46,462 nt of DNA from Candidatus Omnitrophota bacterium (GTDB taxonomy: Bacteria; Omnitrophota; Gorgyraeia; Gygaellales; Profunditerraquicolaceae), in the NCBI GenBank assembly GCA_026387475.1, contig JAPLLN010000038.1, positions 1-46,462 of the forward strand, written 5' to 3'. Positions 27,247 to 35,056 of the stretch are shown in pieces. The first letter of the stretch is position 1; each line of letters starts with the position of its first letter. Made by a program: the position numbers and the translations under genes. Under the pieces are notes generated by a model. That model ran no database searches. It was not told the DNA's origin and saw only the letters and a list, made by a program, of their open reading frames with translations.

Positions 27247-27306
27247 GGTTTTTTTGAAATTTCGGGTACCATCCGGGAGTGATTTTATCGACGGGAAACG
27301 CCTGGA

Positions 27307-28044
27307 TTACGAAGAAGTTTCTATTTTTCCCCAGCTGACCAGATTATTTTTTAAAATTATCGCGATACCTTTGACTTCTTTGACCCCGCGGGCGAAATCC
27401 AGCGCCCTTTGCAGGTCAGGCTTGGAGTTGATCCGGTTAGACGCGCATACCGCAACACCCAGGGCCAGGCCCGTATTTTTGGCAAGCACTACAACATTAT
27501 CGGCGCAGCCAAAGGCGATATCCTGCGAATGGGTTGCGGTCTGTATTGCCAAGCCCAGAGGGGTGTCTTTAGGTTTTAAAATCAGCCTTAATTTGCTCCA
27601 GATCTTGGAGCGGCCGGTGTAGAAATTTATCGCCAGCGATTTTCTGGATTTGATAAAGATGCTCGAGCCGTTCTGGACGACCACATCTTTAAACCCGTCC
27701 TTGAGTAACCCCCTGCCTAGGGACTCGGCGATAGCGCCGGCGAGGGTAGCCATCGGCCCGGAATTTATAGCCAGGGCATAAGAAGCCATTTCTTTGACGA
27801 TGAGCGGCGCGTCTTTCATAACCTCTACCGGTTTGAGGCTGATAAGGAACATACGGTCCCTCTCGATGTAGTTTTCGATATCCATACGCAATAGCCGGAT
27901 CTTTTCTTCGATGTGGCGCTTATCCGCCTTTTTATTAGTAAAGACCTGCAGCTCCGATTCCTTGGCGATGATCTGCGTAACGTATAGATCGTCCCTGCCT
28001 AACCAGTCGCGGGGAAACCTTCTGTGCATTCTTGCGTTTTTCAT
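27307..28044 (-). CDS. UPF0280 / ApbE-like protein with degenerate motifs
   Basis: FLISLKP, GPMATLAGAIAE, FGCADNVVV. Start moved to ATG at 28044, 1 nt after the hypE stop. Confidence 0.75.
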   Translation of the reverse strand: MKNARMHRRFPRDWLGRDDLYVTQIIAKESELQVFTNKKADKRHIEEKIRLLRMDIENYIERDRMFLISLKPVEVMKDAPLIVKEMASYALAINSGPMATLAGAIAESLGRGLLKDGFKDVVVQNGSSIFIKSRKSLAINFYTGRSKIWSKLRLILKPKDTPLGLAIQTATHSQDIAFGCADNVVVLAKNTGLALGVAVCASNRINSKPDLQRALDFARGVKEVKGIAIILKNNLVSWGKIETSS

Positions 28045-28045
28045 T

Positions 28046-29047
28046 TTAACATATCCTCGGTAGCGGGTCGCTTGCGAGCATATCAACTAAACGCTCTGTC
28101 CCGAATATAGTCTTTAATATCACTCTCCCTTTACGGCCGGAGGTTATTTCTCCGACGCTACGGCTCCCTTTTCCCAACGGATGCCTTCTTAGCGCCGCAA
28201 GAATATTTTTTGCCTCCTTAACTTCAACAACAATCACTGCGCGGCCTTCACAAGCAACATACAAAGGGTCGATGCCCAGCAATTCTCCGGCCGCCCTTAC
28301 CTTTTGCGAAACCGGTATGCTTTTTTCATCAATACTTATCCCCAGGCCGGAAGCCTCGGCTATCTCGTTTAAAGTCGTAGCCAGCCCTCCGCGCGTAGGA
28401 TCACGCATAAATCTTATCCCGGATGCCCTGGTAAGTATCGGCGTAAGCATATTGCTCAAAGGCGCGCAGTCGCTGGTGATACCTAACCCCAGATCCAGGT
28501 CATTTCTTTTTGTCAGGACCGCTAAACCGTGGCGGCCGATATCCCCGGTCAGGATTATTTTATCTCCGGGCTTTATTTTCTTTATTGAGAGCCTTTCTTT
28601 TGCAATTATCCTGCCTATCCCCGAGGTATTGATAAATATCGCGTCCGCAGCCCCTCTCTCTACTACCTTCAGGTCTCCGGTTACGACTTTGACCCCGCAA
28701 GACTTAGCCGCTCCCGCAATAGAATCGACAATCTTGTTAAGGGTCTTTATTTCCAAACCCTCCTCGATAATCAGGCCTAAAGAGAGATACTCGGGCCGGG
28801 CGCCCATCATCGCCAGATCATTGACTGTCCCGAACACGGATAGCTTGCCGATATCGCCGCCAGGGAAAAATATCGGGTTTACCACAAACGAATCCGTGGT
28901 AAAGGCGAGCTTCTCTTTGTAATCTATAAATGCGCCGTCCCCCAGTTCCTTAAGAATAGGATTGTTTAATTTCTTAAGAAGGGTGTCTCTGATGAGGCTG
29001 TGCATCAGCCTCCCCCCGCTCCCGTGGCCTAAGATAATTTTTTCCAT
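28046..29047 (-). CDS. hypE: Hydrogenase maturation protein HypE
   Basis: HGSGG, TTDSFVV.P.FFPGGDIG, RDPTRGG, C-terminal LPRIC. Confidence 0.97.
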   Translation of the reverse strand: MEKIILGHGSGGRLMHSLIRDTLLKKLNNPILKELGDGAFIDYKEKLAFTTDSFVVNPIFFPGGDIGKLSVFGTVNDLAMMGARPEYLSLGLIIEEGLEIKTLNKIVDSIAGAAKSCGVKVVTGDLKVVERGAADAIFINTSGIGRIIAKERLSIKKIKPGDKIILTGDIGRHGLAVLTKRNDLDLGLGITSDCAPLSNMLTPILTRASGIRFMRDPTRGGLATTLNEIAEASGLGISIDEKSIPVSQKVRAAGELLGIDPLYVACEGRAVIVVEVKEAKNILAALRRHPLGKGSRSVGEITSGRKGRVILKTIFGTERLVDMLASDPLPRIC

Positions 29048-29049
29048 AT

Positions 29050-29676
29050 TTAATTTATATTGAAACCGGCTAGGTCAGCCTTTAGAGCAATGGCAGAACT
29101 AAATACGAAACCGTTCAAGCCCAATTTCCTGGCGCCTTCGATCAAGTCCGCCCTGTCGTCGGTGTAAAAGGTCTCCGCAGGCTGCGTCCCCAGGACTTCC
29201 AGCGCCTTAGAATAAATACGTGCGTCGGGCTTTCTTAATTTTAATTCGCATGAAGCCAGGATATCGTGAAATGCGTCCAGTATCGGGAATGTCTTTTTGA
29301 TATATTCCAGGTGAAGAAAATTAATATTGGAGAGGAGTACTACCCGGTAATTATTTTTAAGCGAGCGCGCAATATTATAGGCCGCGAGGTTCTTTTCGCT
29401 AAAAAAGAATATCTCGTTCCAGATCGGGACAAATTCCTCGAAATTAAGTTTTAAATCCAGCTTTTCTTTGACGATCTTAAAGAAATCTTCGGGAGAGATC
29501 TTGCCTTCTTCAAAAAGCCCCGTGGCGGTAGAATCGAAAAAAAGATCATAGATATCCTCGCCTGACATATCCGTAAATTTAGCTATTTTCGCGGCGGCAA
29601 TGCGATGGTCAAAATCGAGGATGACGTCCCCCAGATCGAAGATTATCCCCTTGATCTTATGATTATCCGGCATCAA
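29050..29676 (-). CDS. HAD family phosphatase (YihX-like)
   Basis: FDLGDVI, LLSN, RKPD, YTDD. Confidence 0.9.
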   Translation of the reverse strand: MMPDNHKIKGIIFDLGDVILDFDHRIAAAKIAKFTDMSGEDIYDLFFDSTATGLFEEGKISPEDFFKIVKEKLDLKLNFEEFVPIWNEIFFFSEKNLAAYNIARSLKNNYRVVLLSNINFLHLEYIKKTFPILDAFHDILASCELKLRKPDARIYSKALEVLGTQPAETFYTDDRADLIEGARKLGLNGFVFSSAIALKADLAGFNIN

Positions 29677-30644
29677 TTTCCCTTTTCCTTGGATTTACGG
29701 AAGAGATCCAAAAACCTGTCTTCATATTCTTTATAAGCGTTCCATTTATCCAGTTCGACTTTGAGTTCGCCTGCGCGCGTAAGGTCATCCTGGGCTGCAA
29801 GAAACAACTGCTCGATCTTTTCTTTGACGGACGCGGGCAATTTAGTCAACTGGGATAGCGCTTTTTTTATCTTTTCCACTTCGTCTTCGCCTATCGGGCC
29901 CTGCCCGGGCCCGGTACCCGGCCTTAAATAATCCAGCAGTTTATTTATTTCATTCTCCATATTTTGGGCCTGCTCGATAAGGCTGACAGGGTCGATCTTT
30001 ATATCCAGGATCTTTCCCAGAGCGCTAACTACCGCGGCCGAGGCCTTGGGATTTTCTATTTGAATTGTGTAAAGCGGGATCTCGCCCAGGAGGCAAAATC
30101 CTTTTAGCCCTTCCCGCTTGGCAACCCCTAAAAATAATCCGTTCATCCCGCTTATAGCGCCTTCCTTCAATTTACGCAGGCCTAATTTTTCTAAGGCCGC
30201 GCAGAGGTCTTGAGAAGTAGCGGCAAACCAGGCCGAGGACTCCTGCGTATGGTCTATCGGCTGCGGCATGGAAGCAAAACTGATGACCATCTCGGCGTGA
30301 AAACTCTTAGCCATCTGGATTATTCTTTGCGAATAAGTCTCGGCCTTGGAAAGGTCGGGCTGGGCGTTGCTGATAAAGATTATCAGGTCGTTCTTCCCCG
30401 ACTTATTCTTCCAGAAATAAAATTTGCTCTCCGGGAGTTTCGGGATATCCATGATCCCATCCTTGATGACGCTCCCGGTAAGATAAAAGAAATCCTCCGC
30501 GGCAATGCCGGCAAATTCGTTTGCGCCTAATTTTTCCACCAGAAAACCGGCTGCCTTAAAAGCCACTTCGCCCATCCCGGGCCAGGCCACGACAAAGAAC
30601 GGCTTTTTAAGCCGCGGCCTTTTTAAGAATTTAATCCCTTCCAT
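29673..30644 (-). CDS. PAC2 family protein
   Basis: WPGMGEVA, AQP, ISGMNGLFLG, CLLGEIP, NPKAS motifs. Confidence 0.8.
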   Translation of the reverse strand: MEGIKFLKRPRLKKPFFVVAWPGMGEVAFKAAGFLVEKLGANEFAGIAAEDFFYLTGSVIKDGIMDIPKLPESKFYFWKNKSGKNDLIIFISNAQPDLSKAETYSQRIIQMAKSFHAEMVISFASMPQPIDHTQESSAWFAATSQDLCAALEKLGLRKLKEGAISGMNGLFLGVAKREGLKGFCLLGEIPLYTIQIENPKASAAVVSALGKILDIKIDPVSLIEQAQNMENEINKLLDYLRPGTGPGQGPIGEDEVEKIKKALSQLTKLPASVKEKIEQLFLAAQDDLTRAGELKVELDKWNAYKEYEDRFLDLFRKSKEKGN

Positions 30645-31750
30645 AAAAATTCCTCCAATACCTGTGCACCTTTATAAAGATTACTTATTTTGGCAAATTC
30701 ATCGCTGGTATGCGCGCACCCGGATGAACCAAATCCGAATGAGACCGCCGGAATTCCTTTATGCTGAAAGAAAGTTATTACCGTAGCGCCCTCCGAACCT
30801 TTAATTCGGCTTTCAATGCACTGGGTAAGCATTGCCTTTTTTAAGGCCTTCACCAGGGCATGTGTCTGAGCGATATTATAAGGCACCTGGATATCGTTTA
30901 CCTCTATTTTAAATTTATTTGTATGCCTCTTGATGACTTTTTTCAGGTTTTCCAGGATCTTTGCTGCCTTCTGCCCGGGGAGGAACCTGAAATCCAGCTC
31001 AAATTCGCACCAGTCTGCCACGACATTTACTTTATCCCCTCCCCGTATAGTTCCGACATTGATCGTAGGTGGCCGAAGATATTTATTTTTCGGATACGCG
31101 AGCTTTTGCTCTTTCAATTCCTTAATGATATTTACCGCCGCATCGATTGCGTTCTCCCCGCGCCACGGATAAGCCCCGTGCGAGCGCTTCCCCTGGATCT
31201 TCGCCTTGAGATGGATCATCCCCTTCTGGGTGACGATAATGTCAAACTCGTCGGAATCTAGAACAAGCGCGTAATCCGGCTTTATGGCTCCGCTCTTTAG
31301 AAGCGGGATCAGGCCCAGATTCGAACCGCACTCCTCGTCGGCAGTTGCGGCAAAGATCAGGTCCTGCTGCGGAGTCTTTTTATCTTCTACTAGGCTGTTT
31401 AACGCCTCCATCGCGCAGGCGAGGTTTATTTTGCAGTCGGTTGCGCCCAACCCGTAAATCTTATTTCCTTCTATCTTGCCCGCGAAAGGGTCATGTTTCC
31501 AGCTATTACCCGCGCAGACCGTATCTAAATGCGGTGTAAATAAAAGCGAGCCCCGGCCGCCTCTGCCTTTTAGAAAAGCCAAGACATTGCTGCGGCCTTT
31601 TTTAAATTCCACTATCCTTGTCCTAAGGCCGAGCCCGGCAAGATATCCGCGGACAAAATTACCGATCTTCTTCTCGTCTCCCGGAGGATTCTCGGAATTA
31701 ATGCGGATGAGTTTTTGCGTAAGCCCGATCAACCTTTTTTTATTTATCAT
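30623..31750 (-). CDS. M20 family metallohydrolase (ArgE/DapE-like)
   Basis: HLDTV, GATDCK, ADEE, GENAI, GGDKVNVV, AHTSDE. Confidence 0.9.
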   Translation of the reverse strand: MINKKRLIGLTQKLIRINSENPPGDEKKIGNFVRGYLAGLGLRTRIVEFKKGRSNVLAFLKGRGGRGSLLFTPHLDTVCAGNSWKHDPFAGKIEGNKIYGLGATDCKINLACAMEALNSLVEDKKTPQQDLIFAATADEECGSNLGLIPLLKSGAIKPDYALVLDSDEFDIIVTQKGMIHLKAKIQGKRSHGAYPWRGENAIDAAVNIIKELKEQKLAYPKNKYLRPPTINVGTIRGGDKVNVVADWCEFELDFRFLPGQKAAKILENLKKVIKRHTNKFKIEVNDIQVPYNIAQTHALVKALKKAMLTQCIESRIKGSEGATVITFFQHKGIPAVSFGFGSSGCAHTSDEFAKISNLYKGAQVLEEFLWKGLNS

Positions 31751-31770
31751 GGAGATTCCCGCGGGTTTGT

Positions 31771-32460
31771 TTAGAAAGCGTAATTCAGGCCGAAGGCGAG
31801 AGCGGAACTGTCAAAAAACGAACCCTCGAGATTAAGCCAGATCTTTTTATTCAGGGGGACATCAATGCCTACGATAAGCCCTACGCTCTTACCTAAATCC
31901 GACATGACCCTTTTGCGGTCGCCGTTTACCTTGTGTATATAATCCACCCTTGACCAGCGCGTCCCGATATAGGGGGTAGCGAAATCAAATTTATATGAAG
32001 CAAGTAGCGAGGCCTGCCAGTCATCAAGTATGGCCTGATTCTTTACCCCTGCCGACTCCCTGCTTGCGGGATGCACGCTGATATGCTGAAAACCGAATAC
32101 GGATTTTATCCTGTTTTTGTCCAGCAGCCTTACGCGAAAACCATACCCTCCCGCGAAACCCGTATTATAGCGCATCTCTCCGGAATTCTCGGGATGCTGT
32201 TTTATGTCTCCGGCGCCTCCCTTTAGATCGATAGAGAGCCAGTCGAAAACGCCGTATGATACCGTGACAAAATCCTGCAGACTCCGTAATTTTCCGTTAT
32301 CGTCTTTCAGGTCGCGTTTATAAATACTGTAATTCTGGAGCCCGGCAAAAAACTTATTTTTTTCAGGCATCTTAGTGCCGTAACAGGGAGCGGCCTCTGC
32401 AAAATCAAAGATTAAAAACCCTGAAATCAAAAATAAGATTAAAAATTTGAGATTTTTCAT
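31771..32460 (-). CDS. Secreted outer-membrane beta-barrel-like protein
   Basis: Signal peptide from ATG at 32460 (ATGA overlap with the upstream stop), alternating beta-strand pattern, C-terminal GLNYAF. Confidence 0.7.
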   Translation of the reverse strand: MKNLKFLILFLISGFLIFDFAEAAPCYGTKMPEKNKFFAGLQNYSIYKRDLKDDNGKLRSLQDFVTVSYGVFDWLSIDLKGGAGDIKQHPENSGEMRYNTGFAGGYGFRVRLLDKNRIKSVFGFQHISVHPASRESAGVKNQAILDDWQASLLASYKFDFATPYIGTRWSRVDYIHKVNGDRKRVMSDLGKSVGLIVGIDVPLNKKIWLNLEGSFFDSSALAFGLNYAF

Positions 32461-33089
32461 TTTAACGGACAGACCTGACATTTCGGATTGTTCTTCCGGC
32501 AATAGTCCTTACCCAGCTTGACCAGGAGGGCGTGATACTCGTTGAATAATTTTACACTATTTTTAAGGTTTTTTCTAAACAAATTTTGTATTTCCGCGTA
32601 TTCCGCATCGGGCCTGACAAGCCCGTGGCGCGAGAGTATCCTCCTGGTATAAGCATCGACCACAAAGGCCGGCTTGTTTAAGGCATACAAAAGGATGGAG
32701 TCCGCGGTCTCCGGGCCTACCCCGTGCACCTTGAGAAGCTGCAGGCGCAAGTCCGGGGTTTTTTCGGCTGACAGGCGCGCGATACTTCCGCGATATCCTT
32801 GGCAGAAAAATTTGAGAAACTCTTTTAACCTTTTGGCCTTAATATTGTAATAACCCGCCGGCCGGATCAGTCCGGCCAGGCGTTTATTCTTCATCTTTAA
32901 AAGCCGGCGCGGGTTCAAGGCCTTATTCTTTTTCAGGTTAGCGATGGCCTTTTCCACGTTAACCCAGCTGGTATTCTGGGTAAGTATAGCGCCCACCATC
33001 ACTTCGAATGCCGAAGATGCCGGCCACCAACCCTGCGCTCCGAAGGCAGCGTTTAGTTTAGCGTATATCGCGGTAAGCCTCTTCTTCAA
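32457..33089 (-). CDS. Endonuclease III-related HhH-GPD protein
   Basis: GAILTQNTSW, PAGYYNIKA, GVGPETAD, VVDAY, EYHALLV, C-terminal Cys cluster. Confidence 0.92.
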   Translation of the reverse strand: MKKRLTAIYAKLNAAFGAQGWWPASSAFEVMVGAILTQNTSWVNVEKAIANLKKNKALNPRRLLKMKNKRLAGLIRPAGYYNIKAKRLKEFLKFFCQGYRGSIARLSAEKTPDLRLQLLKVHGVGPETADSILLYALNKPAFVVDAYTRRILSRHGLVRPDAEYAEIQNLFRKNLKNSVKLFNEYHALLVKLGKDYCRKNNPKCQVCPLK

Positions 33090-35056
33090 TCTTTTAATTC
33101 CAAAGGATTATAACCGAAGAAAGCAAAAATAGTGTAGGTCGTCCCGGCAAGCGAACCGGTGGACTTGCCTTTAGGGGTCATCCAGCCGTGCCCGGTATCG
33201 ATATATTCCTCGGTGGCATACGGCAGGCAATTACCCCCCTGCCCCGACGGTGAAGGGCTGGAGATGATCATATGCTCAAGGCCGGAGAGGTATTCATCGG
33301 CCTTACGGGAATACAATAATGACTTTTCTTTCTCGCCTCTGGCGGCATGATAATCTGACATAAGCTTAAAACTCATCACCATCTGCGCGGTCCACTCCGA
33401 AGAAACGACCCCTCCCCGCGCCAGATTGCGCTGCGCCGCAAAATCAAAACCCTTTATCCTGACCGGGCCCATCCCCGGCCGGTCATAGACGACGCTAACG
33501 GCGCAGTTCTGCTCGGCAAACTCGATTATATTATCCGGGTCCATCCCGATCTCTTTCAGCTTAGCAGCGCCCAACGCGGCTATCGACCAGGCGTAAGTAT
33601 CGGTAGCTATCGTAGAATCGCCCTTTCCTCTTTTAACCGGGAGCCCTGTTTTATCATACGTGTGCTGCTTGAGCCAATCCAATATCCTGTCGCGCGCCCG
33701 GGCATAGGCCTCTTTGCGGGTGACCTGATACAGCATATTAAAATAGGCGTAAGCGTCTAAATTGTGTTCCGTAGAATACCATTCCACGTCATAACCTCCG
33801 CGCAGTCCGCCGTCTTTATCCTGCAGGGCAATGATATTCTGCGCCAGGTCCTCTGCCAGGCCCAGATATTCGTTAGTGCGTGCCTTGTTCATATACTGCA
33901 TCAAGGCTATGCCGAGCCAGATGTTCGGCCCGATATGCGCGGTATATTCCGCGCTCGTTCCGTCGGTGACATAGTAGGCGTTTAAAAATAATCCCCGTTG
34001 GCGGGTAGCGTGGTCAGCGTAGTAATCCAGTATTTTTTTGGCGCGATCCAGGTCTCCGAAATAAGTAAACGCCTGCGCGACCAGCGATTGGTCGTAAGTA
34101 AAGGCCCAGCCCGAGACATCCCCGTCTCCTTCAAAACTCATCACCAGCCCGGTGCGCGGGTTCTGGTGGACTTTAAGCCAGTCGTATAATTTCTGGAAAT
34201 TGACTTTTTCTAAGGTGGTCTTTTCTTTGGTCAAGGCTATCGCCTCCTCGCTGATCGTTTTTTCCCTGCTCTTTAATGATTCTAATTTACCCAAGAGCTC
34301 GGTCTTCTCGTTATTTAACCGCGTAACCAGGGTATCCAGCTCCGCGATCTTCTTAGTCTCCTTGCTCTTACGCAACTTTTCCGTCTCTCTGCCCTCTAAT
34401 CTTTCTTTTTCGGATAAAGCGGACTTCTCTTCCTGGGTCATACGTATGCGTTCGGCCAAAGTCTTTATTTTTAAAGAGAGCCCTTCTCTCTCGACGCTGA
34501 TCTGGGAAAGTCTTTCTCGGGCAATGCCGGCATCCCGGGAGACCCGCACCAGATTTTCCACCAATGCGCGGTTACCTTCCTCTAATTTCATATTAAAGTA
34601 CAGGCCTAAAGCCAGAGATATGCCGAGAAGGATTATTGCGCCCAACGCAACAGGGATAAAAAGCTTCTTCGTCCAAGCATAACGCATGATCTGCCTGTTC
34701 TGTTCGATATCGATCTGTTCGTATTTAAGCCCGATGCGGTATTTATTGGGTTCTCCCGTTACTTCGCGCACCCAGGCTACCGCTCCCCGCGCCCTCACCG
34801 GCCTTTTGGCAAAAGGCATCTCTATTTCAAGCGCGATACGGGCCTTCTCGCCCTTAAGCAACCCGGCTTGTTCGGGAGAAAAATTATTGACCGACAGGCA
34901 GATCCCGCCCCGGCCTATGTCGCAGGTAAAACCCTGCAGCCAGTTGGTAAAAAATGTTTTACCGTCGTGGCTCTCCAGCCTGAACTGCACCGGAAAGACC
35001 GTATCCAGACGGAGATATTCCCTGCGCTCCTGTCCGGATTCTCCCTGCGTAGGCAT
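33086..35056 (-). CDS. PilZ - TM - coiled coil - six-hairpin glycosidase-like fusion protein
   Basis: RREYLR and DIGRGG PilZ motifs; one TM helix; heptad stalk; aromatic/acidic helical domain (FTYDQ, GPNIW, STEHNLD, SEWTAQ). Confidence 0.7.
   Translation of the reverse strand: MPTQGESGQERREYLRLDTVFPVQFRLESHDGKTFFTNWLQGFTCDIGRGGICLSVNNFSPEQAGLLKGEKARIALEIEMPFAKRPVRARGAVAWVREVTGEPNKYRIGLKYEQIDIEQNRQIMRYAWTKKLFIPVALGAIILLGISLALGLYFNMKLEEGNRALVENLVRVSRDAGIARERLSQISVEREGLSLKIKTLAERIRMTQEEKSALSEKERLEGRETEKLRKSKETKKIAELDTLVTRLNNEKTELLGKLESLKSREKTISEEAIALTKEKTTLEKVNFQKLYDWLKVHQNPRTGLVMSFEGDGDVSGWAFTYDQSLVAQAFTYFGDLDRAKKILDYYADHATRQRGLFLNAYYVTDGTSAEYTAHIGPNIWLGIALMQYMNKARTNEYLGLAEDLAQNIIALQDKDGGLRGGYDVEWYSTEHNLDAYAYFNMLYQVTRKEAYARARDRILDWLKQHTYDKTGLPVKRGKGDSTIATDTYAWSIAALGAAKLKEIGMDPDNIIEFAEQNCAVSVVYDRPGMGPVRIKGFDFAAQRNLARGGVVSSEWTAQMVMSFKLMSDYHAARGEKEKSLLYSRKADEYLSGLEHMIISSPSPSGQGGNCLPYATEEYIDTGHGWMTPKGKSTGSLAGTTYTIFAFFGYNPLELKD

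Noticed and set aside
32401-32460. Possible 7-nt periodicity in the beta-barrel signal peptide
   Set aside because: Too degenerate; explained by AT-rich Phe/Leu/Ile codons.
32457-32510. Nth-like protein ends after three Cys of the Fe-S motif
   Set aside because: Loss of the last Cys alone is weak evidence of novelty in this variable subfamily.
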